A DNA stretch of 64,000 nucleotides from NCBI RefSeq assembly GCF_009914755.1, contig NC_060938.1, one strand, 5' to 3'. Below are positions 1-13,231 of the stretch, piece by piece; within the stretch, counting starts at the first letter, position 1, and each line of letters starts with the position of its first letter. The notes under the pieces were generated by a model. That model saw only the letters and a list, made by a program, of their open reading frames with translations, did no database searches and was not told the DNA's origin. The position numbers were made by a program, and so were the translations under genes. Origin of the DNA: the human T2T-CHM13v2.0 reference genome, Homo sapiens.

Positions 1-17
1 AGAGAGAGAGGGAGAGG

Positions 18-80
<63 letters not shown>
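1..80. repeat. (AG)n microsatellite, polypurine tract (cut by window start)
   Basis: Near-perfect agagag run from 1 to 80. Confidence 0.98.
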
Positions 81-84
<4 letters not shown>

Positions 85-502
85 TGTGGGAAAACATCCT
101 CTTAGGCTTAATTCTTCCTGGGTGAATTGCATGTGGCCGAGTTCCACCCCAGGAGTAAAAGCAATTCTTATATTTATTTCCATCCCTGTCTCCTTTGCTG
201 AACATGTCTTTAAGGACATTTACTGGGTCAGATGCAGGGTCAGGGATGGAGATGTATATAGTGAGCAGTCACAGTCCCTGTTCTGCTCTGTAGGAGAGAC
301 AGGGTGTACCTATCAAATGTTAGCTAATGAGATATTATGGAATTATAGAATGTCAAAATTAGAAGTTACCTTATCATTTATTCTAATACTTTGCAAACTT
401 CTTTGATCATGACCCACAGTAAGAAATATATTATGAACCAGTATGTATGTATTACATTATCCATACATATGTATATACACACAAATATATATGTCTGTCC
501 CT

Positions 503-612
503 ATCATTTATCAGTCATCTATTTATCATATAACTGTATCTTACAAAAGTTTTACATCATTTATCAGTCATCTCTCTATTTATCATATAACTGTATCTTA
601 CAAAAGTTTTAC
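503..612. repeat. Tandem duplication, two copies (53 and 57 bp)
   Basis: atcatttatcagtcatct(ctct)atttatcatataactgtatcttacaaaagttttac occurs twice; the copies differ only by a 4-bp ctct insertion. Confidence 0.95.
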
Positions 613-685
613 AAAGCAAGTGTTTCAAAATAGTAGTTGTGTCTTCTTCCATCTCTTGGTCTTGTGTAATGTAGTACCTCTGGAT

Positions 686-1096
686 CAGTGGTGTGCTTGA
701 TTCAGCATGGACCAGCTCATGAGAGTCAGTTTCCAAATTTTCAGCAATGTTGGGAGCTGATTATTAAAGTTGTTATTAAAAATTAAATTCTATAACTTAC
801 AGATAAATTATGCTAAACACAAGGATAATAAGTACTCAAAACTTATTTCTGAATTACTTGACTACATTTTACTGTTATCTATGCTCTTGAAGTTATTTAT
901 GTGTATTGTACCTGCATGGTGGAAATAATATCTGATGTATTACTTTCTATCTTGTCCCAATTCTGTGCTCAGAGAAGTCTCATTGGTAGCTTGAAACTGG
1001 TCATAGGGAAAATATTTACATTACAGGGACTGGCAAATGCAATAGGGTTCCAGCCCCTGGAAGGACAGTTGTTAAGCATTTACCAGCATACCATTG
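686..1096 (+). mobile_element. MER63-like hAT (Blackjack) MITE
   Basis: Ends cagtggtgtgct...agcataccattg form terminal inverted repeats (TIRs); 8-bp TSD ctctggat/ctctggag; interior matches recalled MER63. Confidence 0.8.
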
Positions 1097-1280
1097 CTCT
1101 GGAGTCACACTAGTTGGGTTTAGTCTTAGATCTAGCACTTGCTAGCTGTGTGACTTGGGCAAGTTACTAAACATTTTTGGGCCTGTTTCTTTGTACAATG
1201 CACATCCTTCTAGGGTTGCTTTGAGGATTAAATGAGTTAATACACAAATGCTTAGAACAGTGCCTGGCAGACGGTACATA
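1097..1280 (+). mobile_element. MIR SINE
   Basis: Core gctgtgtgacttgggcaagttac ... gaggattaaatgag ... agaacagtgcctggca. Confidence 0.85.
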
Positions 1281-1564
1281 GAGAGGTGTTACCTGTCGTC
1301 TGGGCTAACTGTTGCTAGGTTATCCCATTCACTCTGGTAGGGTATGGTTTCCTGTTCACTCTCTCCTTACCTTGGCTTCGGACTTGACATATGTGTTCGT
1401 CTTCTCTTCCCAGCCAGATCATAGGTTCCCTGAGAGCAAGAGTGATTGGCTTCTTTGTAAACTCTAGGTCTCAGTCTTAAATGAGGCGCAATCTAGATGC
1501 TCAATCTCATTGACCAAATTACAAAAAACTTGTCTAATATCCAATGGGAACCCTCAGAACATAA

Positions 1565-1688
1565 GGACAATACTTACCATTACTATGCATATACTTTCTA
1601 TTCTATTTCATGTGCTGACCCACAGCTCACTAAATTAATTTTGTGACTCAATATTAAGTCCAAACATTGCAGTTTGGAAATGCAATGT
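1565..1688. mobile_element. hAT-Charlie MITE fragment
   Basis: cactaaattaattttgtgac...cagtttggaaatgcaatg resembles a Charlie terminal region. Confidence 0.45.
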
Positions 1689-2989
1689 TCTAGCGATCTA
1701 CCTGGAGCTTGCACTCTCTCCAGTTGTCAAGCACTCCTTGCTTGAATTTCTTTGGTGATGGAGAACGTAGTGTCTACCTAGGAAGCCAGTTCTATCTTTG
1801 TGAGCTTTGGCTGTTCATACATTTTTCTTATAATGATACTAACCCTGGTCTTCCACAGATAACTGACTCCTTCTTCCAGGTAAAATCTCTTCCAGTGTTT
1901 CAAAACAGCAGTTGCCCTGCCTCTCTGTGGCATCCTTCTTCTCCTGGTGGAGGGCCCTGGGCTTGGATGATTGACTTGAGGAAGAGTAAGTATTTCTGTT
2001 CAGGCTGCCCTGAACTGGCTTGCTGGCACAGGCTGCCCAGCAGGTGGTTGGCCTATAAATCACTAGGCCTTACTCTCTCTGCATCTCAGCATCCTGTGTC
2101 AGTGATGAAGCATCTGGCCCCTCCCCTTCTCATCCCTCCCCAACTTTGAACAAGTCCTCATGGAACTCATTTAGGCCCTGATTCTTTCTTGCATATAGCA
2201 GCTGTGTTATTTGAAGAAGTCAGGAGACTCTCCTGCCTCAAAACAGCTCATCTGGGGACTATATTTTACCATTAGGGATTTAGTCTTTTGGGGGTAAACA
2301 GTGCTGTCTCCATGACATCCTAGTTTAAAATGGTGGCACCTGGGGAGAGTGGTGTACTATGAATATGAAGCCTCTAAAATCTTAGTGTGAATGGACTTGT
2401 CAGGTGCGTTGCTCCCTACTCTACTGCCATGCTTCTCACAGTGTGCATCAACTCCAAAGAAACACCAGAGGCAGCCCTGTGTTGTGTCGAGTTCTCAAAC
2501 CTGCCTGCACTTTTGGAATTGCCACGGGAGGACTTCACTTAATTAGAAAAATGTTAATTTGGTAACTATTGACCCCCACCTTCTATTCAAGGTAAATGTC
2601 ACTCATACAATCTCATATTTAAAAGCATACAAATCTGATATTTAAAAATGTTTATATATATTAATAAGAACAAAAGGAAATTCCCCCTTGGCCTATTTGC
2701 TTCCATCTTGAGAAATCTTTAAAAAGTAGGGATTTCTTGGGTCTCTTCCTAAACCTACAGAAATAGAATCTTCCGAATGCAGACCAAAAATCCTTTAAAA
2801 AATCCTCTCCAGGTGATTCTACCTGTGCAGAGAGGCGTGGACACTCATGGAGTCATGGACTGATGTTTCTCAGTGATTTGGTTCATTTCTATACTCCCAC
2901 AGCTCTCTGCCCAGGGCTTGGTGCATAGCAGGCATATAGTAGGTGCTTAGTAAGCAATGTTTATTTAAACTAAACTGGAAGAGGTTGGG

Positions 2990-3090
2990 AGCTGGGCAGA
3001 CCTGGATTCGAGTCTAAGCCTCTGCCACTTACTGTGTACATCAGGCAGGTGACTTCCTCCTTATCTGGGAAATGGAGATGAGAATGTCCA
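2990..3090 (+). mobile_element. MIR fragment
   Basis: cagacctggattcgagtc...ctgccacttactgtgt...atctgggaaatggagat. Confidence 0.65.
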
Positions 3091-4007
3091 CAATAATGGG
3101 GTTAAAAGCCAGTAGGAACTTCCTACCCACTTCCAGGCCTCCCCTTCTTTGGGCTTTCAGGGGAGGGAAAGGCAATCAATTCCAGGACAGTAAGTCCCAG
3201 GGAGCTCTGTATCAATCACACAGAAGGCAGCTTTAAGCCTCTTTCGAGCACTGTCCTCGCCCTGCTTGCCATGGGTCTGTATCTTGGGACACTACCTTCG
3301 GGTTGTGCAGATGAAAAGCTGGCGACATTGGTAGGGCTGGAATCGATCCCTTCTGTGCCTGCTTGTGGCTAGATCGGTCAGATTTCTTGATAGCTGCAGT
3401 AGGGGACCAACTGAAGCTAATTTCCAGCTGGACCTGCCCTAGCTCCTGAGGACTATGAGGGAGGTAGCATTGGAAAAAGCGGAGTGACCAGCAGGGAGCT
3501 TGCAGAGGAAAAAAGGAGGGTCTTGGGTGGAGGTGGCAGTAGCAGCACAGGGGTGTTATTTCGGGGTAAGGTTGCAAAGGGGTGTGGCCTGCCATTTTGA
3601 TCTGTAGAGGAGGGAGCTATGACCTTTCCAACAGTCTTACTGTGCTTTGCTGATACTTGCTTCCTCCAATCCTTTTTAACCCTCATTTTAAGAGTCATCA
3701 TGTGAGTGTATTTTCATAAACATTTTATTATTAAACAGTGGAACTTCGGAGTGCTTAGGGGGAGGCGCTGCTCAGCATTAGTTCCCACAGGCCCAGCAGG
3801 CGTTCGCACTCTGTGGCCTCCTGTTGGAGGAAGGGATTGGGCTTTTCCACTCCTCCTGGGCTAGTCTCACTTCAGGGAACTGGCTTCTGGCTGAGGTCTC
3901 TGGTGGGACCCTGGTGCTCCATTCTTGGAATGGTAAGATACAAAAACTCTTGGAGCTCTGCTGCTCTGAATTTGGTTACTTTGGGGCTCAACTGTCTAGA
4001 TATCAAG

Positions 4008-4156
4008 GCTCCCTGAGTTTTAGTTTCTTTATCTGTAAAATGAGATAATAATATCTTCTTTACCCTAGCATGGGAATTCAGCAAGAAAACCCAGAGAAAG
4101 CCCATAGCATAGTCCCTGGAACATAGTAGTTGCTCAATAAATGGTAGCTATTGTTG
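4008..4156 (+). mobile_element. MIR fragment
   Basis: agtttctttatctgtaaaatgagataataata ... acatagtagttgctcaataaatggtagcta. Confidence 0.75.
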
Positions 4157-4315
4157 CTGGTGGAATTTAAAATTTTTTCTCCTCTATTGTAAGATCCACC
4201 TGCTACCCCTGCCCCCCACATTTTAATATATTTGCATCTTGTTATGTCTTAAAGTCAGTATGTGCATTTTAGATGCGGTGGTTCCCTCAAGAGCTGTTAT
4301 TAAACCAATGGTAAC

Positions 4316-4609
<294 letters not shown>

Positions 4610-5509
4610 GATGGTAACTCTTATAACTAAAAGTTTCTCACGTCTGAGAAAATGTAGTATCAGAGTTCTGTTCCTGATCCTTAGCTGGGACTACAGTAAT
4701 TGCCAGGCTAGCCAATAACCTGCTTTTAAAAAGGGAGATTAACAGGTGTTAAAAATGTATTAGCAACTACTTGCACAAAATTAAGACAATATTGAAGAAA
4801 AGGGGAGAGCTTGCAGAAAAGTAGCCAACCATGCAAAGCGCTTCATAGAAAGGAAAATTATTTTGGAATTTCTTTGATTAGGTACCTCCACAGCCACGTC
4901 TCCGGTTCCATCCTGTTCTCCTGCCTGCCTCTTCTATAGGGGAGCCTCTCTCCTCCTTTGGGGTTATCTGCTCTAGGAGCTTTATTACGGTCTACAGGAT
5001 GAGGATGTCTGCACATTTGTGACTTAGGGTGTCTTGAATCTCCCCACACAGATCAGTCTACAAAATGCACTCAGTTAAAAAACCCAACAACCTAGGGCCT
5101 AATTTAATGATCTGAAAGACATCAGGAAATAGCAAACTGTGGTGTACTTCTGGCCCCTCTGTTCACATCCCTTCCTTTTTACTGTGTAAAGAATTTGGAG
5201 ATGTCCTAAGTCTATTTGGTTTTGTGTATGTGTGCTCATGTGCGTGTGCTGTTCAATTAGGGGACCTGATCGATATTACTGAGAAAATCTTTTACTGAAA
5301 TCATTCCAGAGAATTAACAGCTTGCTGTAGCCAAAGGAAGCTTCCAATGCCATCATGGTGTCTGGGTGCGAGGCTATGAGCAGAGCCCTTCTGGGGTCCT
5401 ACCTTTTATTCCCATGATCTTATCAGAGTAGCAAGCGGATGGCTGCTTCCACTAGAGTAAGGCAGTGTGGGCTAAGGACAATGCTTTGGTGGATACTGCC
5501 ACCGTGACT

Positions 5510-5665
5510 ACTCCTCATATCTGTCGAATGCTTACTATGCGGCAGGTACAATGCTAAACATGCCACTTATGTTTCCTAATTTGATTCTCACAACATTCCT
5601 GTTAGAGAGATTCTATCATCAATACCATTTTGCAAATAACAAAAGATAATTAGAGACTTGCTTTA
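5510..5665 (-). mobile_element. MIR fragment
   Basis: gaatgcttactatgcggcagg...tgattctcacaac...ccattttgcaaat. Confidence 0.65.
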
Positions 5666-5911
5666 TAATTCCCAAGTCTACCTGATGCCACACTCCAGAG
5701 TTCTCAGTTCTCTGCAAAGGTCACTGCCTTTTGGTGGCCCTGGGGGAGGGTGCTGAGAATGAGGACAGTTGAGCCAGGAGGATTCTCTGGGTCCTGAGCT
5801 GTGTCTGCCCATCTCAGTCCTGCTCTGTCCTGTGTAGCCCCTAACTCTAATCTCCCTTCAAAGCTGCGCACTGCACAACTTGAGGGGAACCATTCTCATC
5901 CTGGTCTGTAG

Positions 5912-6126
5912 CAGGAGGTGGCAAACTTGCAGAGGGGCCAGATAACATTGTTGGCTTTGTGGACCATACAGTCCCTGTCACAATGACTCACTTCTGCTGT
6001 TGTAGCATGAAAGTAGCATAGACAATTCCTAAATGAGTGGACATGGCTTTGTTCCAATAAAACTTTACTTACAAAAACAGGTGGCAAGCTGGATTTGGCC
6101 CATGGTCTGTGGATTGCTGGCCTCTG
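5912..6126 (+). mobile_element. MER58A-like hAT-Charlie MITE
   Basis: caggaggtggcaaact...gttccaataaaactttacttacaaaaacagg...cctctg; TSD gtctgtag/gtctgtgt. Confidence 0.88.
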
Positions 6127-7924
6127 GTCTGTGTCACTCGAAGGGATGACATTCACAGAGACAACCACTTGGAGGAGTGCAACATGAGCCGCCTGCTTTG
6201 TGGTGGCTGAGGAGTATCTCCAAGAGACATAGTGATTAGCTGAGGTGAATGACGCTCCTGTGTGTGTGTGCCCATATGAATGAATCATGCTTTTTATTAA
6301 AATTCTCTTAGTTTAATAATCCTTACAACAGAAGCAAACCTTTCAGCATTCGCAGGACAGCTTTGCATGCAGGGAAGGATGATACGACTCAAGGGCTCTT
6401 TCCTCCCTGAGTTTCAGTGGCCTTTGGGGGAGGGACCCTCACACATTATGTCCGTGGTCACTGAAATAGTCATTCATGGGAGGTGCTATTTCCCACTTTA
6501 AAGATCAGGCCCCAGTGCAGGTAAAGCTCTTTTTCCTTAATCTATTTTGGTGTAGCCAAAAGATGTAGAAATTCAAAATATATCAGAGCATTTAGGGGAA
6601 ACCGAAGAGAAAAATGCATACAGTATAAGACATAAACACATCCAGTTTACCACACGTGGGTTTCTGACCCTACCTCAGCCAGCTTGTCTCCACTGGTCTG
6701 AGTCTCTCTTACTCCCAGTGCTCTTCTAGTACCTTCTGATGAAGTCCTGCTTCAGGCCCAAGGGTGTTCCCTGTTCCTAGGTAATCAGTGGCACAGGGAG
6801 CTTGTCATTGTGAATGACCTACACGGAGGATCTCATTCTCAACATAAAAAGGGAGCCCAGGGCCGTGACATGCGGATTAGCTTTAAATAAATAAGAAAGC
6901 ATACAAGCAGCACAAGGAAAATAAATTACAGAGAGAAAGGAAAAAGTGAAAATCGGGTGTCGTCCTCACATCCAGGAACAATCACTGTGCATTCTGACAC
7001 ATCTTTCCCCATGCCTTTTCTGTACCAGGCTCGGGGCTTTTTTGGACAATAATTATAAATCCATACAACAGTAATGACAGTGCAGCAACAGAAGGATCAT
7101 TTTGACACAGCAGAATAAGCACTGGAAGGTGTTGGTGAGGGGATAGGGAGGGGAGAGAAACTCCAGGGGTGTGCAAGGTTCAGGGCTAGTGGCCGTGGCT
7201 TCCGTGGCTTTCTGGTGCCCTGGTCTAGGTGCTCATCCCAGCAGCAATGGTGGGGAGGGTGGTCATGTTCAGCTGTCTCAGGTGTTCTTGCTCTCCCTGG
7301 CCTCAGAAGGTGGGTGGCCACTATCCTGCAGATGGAGATGGGGTGGGGGTGGGAGCTGGTGTCTCCTCCTCATTCTCTGCAGCTGCCCATCCACCCTGGT
7401 CAATGATGCTTGTCCATCCCCACTGAGATCCAAGTCCAGCCATGTGCAAGGGGAACATCTGCTCCCACAGCTGCAGGGCCCTGCAGTCCTGGAACCAGAG
7501 TGACTTCAGAAGCCAAATGCGGGGCCCTTGGTTATGTGTGTGTGTTGGTTAGGGTAGGCGATGCGTTGCAGTGTGGTGCAGAGTGGAAAGCAGGGGTCTG
7601 GTGTCATTGGGAGCATTGCTTTTTAACCTTCTGGGCACAGCTGACCCATTGGACATGCGGGCTACTGAGTCTCAGGGCAGGGTCTAAGCAGTGGGAGGTT
7701 GGCAGTGACTCCTTAAGCTCAGCAGGCTGTGGGTAGAGAATGGGGCATAGAATGCGCTTATCTCCTGGTTTCCTCACCACTGGGCATCGGCAATGTGAGA
7801 GTGGATTTCTCCTGCTACCCTATTATGAGGGCTTTCTGGACACGGTTCTTCAGAGCCTCAGAGCCCAGATCTTCAGAGCTGGCCCTCCTTCCATCCCTTT
7901 TATTAGTTCTGCCTCTAGAGCCGC

Positions 7925-8160
7925 ACGGATAGCACACGGGTTGGGAACCTGCTCTCTGGTGTCAGACAGAAGTGGGCTCAAATACAAGCTCCTTTGTGTA
8001 CTGGCTGTGTGACCTTGAGCAAGAGATGAATCTCTCTGCCCTTGTTTGCTTGCCTGAGAATGGGGATAACAATGCCTGCCTTTGGAGGCATGGGAAGGAT
8101 TCACTGAGTTAATGAACGTAAATCACCCAGCCCGGGTCTGTAGCTGTCAGCACGTAGGTT
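7925..8160 (+). mobile_element. MIR SINE
   Basis: ctggtgtcagacag...gctgtgtgaccttgagcaag...aatggggataacaatgcct. Confidence 0.75.
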
Positions 8161-10087
8161 GGTTGCTTCCTTTCTCTTGGTTTTGTTCACATCTATGGAC
8201 TCTGTGACTGAGCTCTTTGCGGGATCCCGAGCATCTACCATTTGGAGCAGAATCAAAGTCAGTGCCATTAAGCTCCCTTTTTGATCTGGCCATCTGGCCA
8301 TCACCACTGACTGTTCACCCTGGTGACCTATTTCTCAGACCTTACCAATATGAGAGTGTGAATCAGTCACACGGACAACAATGACCTGTTTCCCTGGCTT
8401 CGGACTTTACCTACTTACCTGGAACCTCACCCCTGCAAAGTTCCTTCATCCCTGAGCTTGCTGGAAGTGCCTGGTGGCAGGGGGTCTTGCGTGATCACAT
8501 CTGAGCTGCTCAGCAGCCCATCACACTGTGTTCCCCAGAGCCTGCCGGCCCCTTCTCTCACCAAGCTTCCAGCTATTTCTTAGCAGACACCACCACCCTT
8601 CCTATCGTCTCTCACCAGGCCTGTCCATCCTGTCTCTGAAGGCTTTGTGCTACCAAGGTTACCCTCTGTGTCTGTGGTGAAGCGTGGATTGCTGGGGGTG
8701 AGGGTGAGGGCAGATAAGTCCTTTTAGTGTATTTTCATGGTCACAGTCTGCAGGGAAGTGGTGTCCTCACACAGCTCTGCATCTGCCTTGCCCGCATAGA
8801 TTTTCCCTTGAGGTCTGTCTTTTCACTTTTTATGTACAGCATCCCCCTATCCTCCAGACTTCTGACCTGGTTTCCCTGAGGAGTGGCCGGGAATAGGTCT
8901 GAGAGCCTGACTAGATTCATCCCTGGGGTCTGGCCCTGGGCTTCCTCGGATTGCAAGATCCCCAGGAAGATCATCAGACTTCCCAGAGAGGTTCTGGCAG
9001 GCCTGCCCCGTCGGGACCCCCTCCAAGACCACATGCCCAGGCTCAGGCAGGAAGGCCTGTTCATGCAATCATTCGCTATTGGCTTGGAGATCATCGTGGG
9101 TCATCTGGCCCCCTCTTTTCCAAGTAAATAACCCTGTTTTCTCTAACCATCCACTTCCTAGCTGCTTATGTGCTTTGTAATGCTCTTCGGATCCTTTCAA
9201 ATCCTGCTGTTTGTTTTGGTGTGGGGCCAGCTGTGGCCCCAGGGTCATAGTCTGAGCAATGCCGATGGAACAGGGTTTTGCAGCATTCCCTACACACCAC
9301 CGTTTTTGTATTAGGCGATCCTCAAGGGGAATGTGCCCTGCTCAGAGGGCTTCTCTGGAATCACAGGGTGTGCCTGCCGGTCAGTGGAGCTCTAGACTCC
9401 CTCCTGCTCCCAGCCCTGATGGCTCTCCATCCAGCCTGCCAGTTTGACTTCAGGCTTGCCCCAGAGATCCACCCTCATCTCTCTGAAGGCCAGTGGTCTG
9501 GGGACCACCTCACCAGGGCCACCCTGGGGGCTCTTGTTAAGACGCAAAGTCCCAAGCCCTCCCTAGGCCTACCCCCATCTTGCCCATTGAGTGTGTTAGG
9601 GGTAGTGGCTTGTGGAAGAGCTTATAAACTAGCTCTTCAGGGGCTGGAAGGAACAGTTATCCTTGAGGAAAAATAAACTACTGGCCATAGTAAACAAAAA
9701 GAAAGTTGCAAAATCAAAATTAATAAATGTTTAATTAAATGTCTAGGAAATATAACTATGTCAACTCATCAACCACAAGTCAACTCACTCTCACATAGTT
9801 ACATATCATTTATATTTAATGTGGGATGCAGATGGCTTTTCATATGTTTGTTATGATGTGGGGTGGTGTTCCCCACAGCAAGAGTACTGGGGCTTCCTGA
9901 AGTCCTAAGATAGCTCTGTCCAGACCTTCCCAGCCAGGCTCTGGGGGTGAGGCTGGGAGTCTGCGTTTGTGTCAGGTTTCTGGGGTGATTGGCCATTGTC
10001 CCTGGAGTCTGGTCTTCTAAGATTCCTGAGTTTGCTGTAATGCTGATTGGGAGGCTGGTTACTGGAGGACAAGAGCTATACACTCTA

Positions 10088-10600
<513 letters not shown>

Positions 10601-10624
10601 AGAATTAAGGAAAGAGCAGCAGAC

Positions 10625-10786
10625 CAGAGCATCTCAAAGTTCTGTGCCTAGAGATCACCTGGGCATCTTGTTAAACTTTGAATTTTGGCTCAGCTGGTCT
10701 GGGTGGAGCCCCAGATTCTTCATTTGTAAGAAGCTTCCGGTAATGTGGACACTCCCTGTCCACAAACCAGGCTTTGAGCCTCAAGG
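10625..10786. mobile_element. MER5A-like hAT MITE
   Basis: tctcaaagt...atcacctgggcatcttgttaaa...ggtctgggtggagccccagattct. Confidence 0.65.
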
Positions 10787-11327
10787 ACTCAGATCCTGGG
10801 CTGGAATTCTGCTTTAGCTACTTACCAGATAGGCAGGCTTCGGAAATTTTAATAATACCTGAAGGCCTTGGAAAAGAGATACTAATCAGTTTTCCCTGAA
10901 GGGTCTGGATTTATAATACAGGGCCAAGGGGCAGGTGAGGTTTGGTTGGCTCTATTCCCTGTACTTGGCTCAATAACAGAGTGGTCTGTGGATTCAACAG
11001 AGATGGAAAGGCTCAGTTTTCACGAGAGAAAAGACCTTGGGGGTAGAAAACATTTCACTCTGCTACTAGGATCTGGAAACCCCAGAATTGGCATATCATA
11101 TTAAATAATTTTGTTCAGAGAGACCTCCCCAAGGCCAAAGCTGTTTTATGTATTTCTTGAATTTCCCAGATTACAGCCAGGGACTAGTTTATTCACCCAG
11201 AAGAATCTGATTTGTGGCTAATTTTTTCCCTTGGCTTTGTATTTCCCAGAGATACCCTTATGAAGTGATTAGATATTGTTCTTCTGAGACTGACTTTCTT
11301 GGAAATTCTTTAAGGTCCCTAGTATCC

Positions 11328-11639
<312 letters not shown>

Positions 11640-11879
11640 TAATACATTTCTTTACTTCTTAAATCAGAGTGGGATTGTGTTGTTTGTGGTTAAAAACCGT
11701 AACTGATACGTGGGTGGAGAGAAGCAGGGATAGAAACCACTGAAAATTTTAGAAATTGCTGTTCCGCCTTACCCTGTATGCTGAGCCAGGTAGCTAGGAA
11801 TTTCAAATACCCCTATAATTTATTCTTTAAATTGTGTTTGTTAGCAATTTGACTGAAAGCTTCTTGAAGGTGGGATTGG

Positions 11880-11953
11880 TTCATCATTCATATCTTCATT
11901 CATTTATTCAGCCAGCCAATAAATATTTATCAAATGTCAACTATATGCCAGGT
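11880..11953 (-). mobile_element. L2 3' end
   Basis: ttcattcatttattca...aaatatttatcaaatgtcaactatatgccagg. Confidence 0.7.
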
Positions 11954-11972
11954 AAAAACTATTTTAACCTGG

Positions 11973-12412
11973 TGTTCTGTCTGGAAGAACCTGTGAATGG
12001 AGTTGCCACAGAAGTAGTATTCCTGCAAGGGGCTGCCCCAAAGTGTCCTGAGATGGGGCTGGTTGGGAGTTCAAAAACAGAAGCACTAAACACTGGGGTG
12101 ATCAGTCCAAAGCATTTGTTAGAGGAACTTAGTGCTTCTAAGTTAGCGCTTGCAGTAGTCCTCACAACAGGCATCAAGAGAAAGGGATGGTCTACCTAGG
12201 TATGTCTGTAGCCAGGGGGTTAGGCATGGTGTTTATCTGTGGGTTTCAGGATTTTGGCCCAGGGCCAGGGCTAGTTTATTCAGTGTTTTGGGCAGCAACC
12301 TAAACAGCTCTCTCAGTGTCTGGGAATATTAAAGGTCCTGGCTGGGCTTGAAGCCTGCATGGGGAAACATGCAGCTGACCAGCTAACACAGAGGTCATGG
12401 CAGTCTGTATTA
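11973..12412 (-). mobile_element. LTR47-like (ERVL) solo LTR
   Basis: gtcctgagatggggctggttgggagttc...gtgatcagtccaaagc...tacctaggtatgtc matches the reverse complement of recalled LTR47. Confidence 0.65.
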
Positions 12413-12708
12413 GAGAAAAACATGGGGAAACTGGAAGACCCTATACCTGAGTTTCCCAAAAAGCAGAACCTGAGACAAATGACTTATTGGAGAGTGATCC
12501 CACGGGGCAGGGATGAGGGGCAAGAAGAACAAATCAAGGGGGAAGGGGGAACTAAAACAAAGATGAACTATTGTGTTGGCCACAGCTGTGGGTGACTGGG
12601 TGATGGATCCCTAGGGAGATCTGAGGCACCATATGAAACATGTTCCTGGACCACCTGTCCCGGGTGGGTGAGGAAGAAGAATCCATCTACTCACTTCTAT
12701 CCATCATC

Positions 12709-13168
12709 TGTATTAGCTTCCTAAGGCTGCCATAACAAATTACTGTAAACTGGGTGACTTAAAACAACAGACATTTATTCTCTCATAGTTCTGAAGGCCA
12801 GAAGTCTGAGACTGAGCTGTCGGTAGGGCCATGTCCCCTCTGCAGGCTCTAGGGGAGGATCCTTTCTTGTCTCTTCCTAGCTCCTATTGGCTGCTTGCAA
12901 CCCTCGGCATTTATTGGCTCATAGTTGCCTTACTGTAATTTCTGCCTCTGTCTTCACTTGGCCATCTTTCCTTTGTGTCTGTGTGTCTGTAAATCCCTCT
13001 CCTAAAAGGACAGTAGTCATTGGACTTAAGAATTATCCTAATCAAGTATAGCCTTATCCTAACTTGACTACATATGTAAAGATCTTGTTTCCAAGTAAGG
13101 TCACATTCACAAACACAGGGGTTAGCATGTCAGCATATCTTTTTGAGGGATGCAGTTCAACCACAACA
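12709..13168 (-). mobile_element. MLT1C-like MaLR solo LTR
   Basis: tgtattagcttcctaaggctgccataacaaattac...cagttcaaccacaaca. Confidence 0.85.
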
Positions 13169-13231
13169 CAGTTATTAAAGGTTTTCCCTACCATGCTAAC
13201 TCCACCATAGTTTCAGGTTGCAGAGAGACAC

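Noticed and set aside
3760-3780. CTCF-like strings (also ~39880-39900 and ~45033-45050)
   Set aside because: Each has several mismatches in the core and cannot be supported without scoring or ChIP data
7139-7169. G-rich potential G-quadruplex (also ~21855-21915)
   Set aside because: Needs a long loop to reach four G-runs; common background pattern
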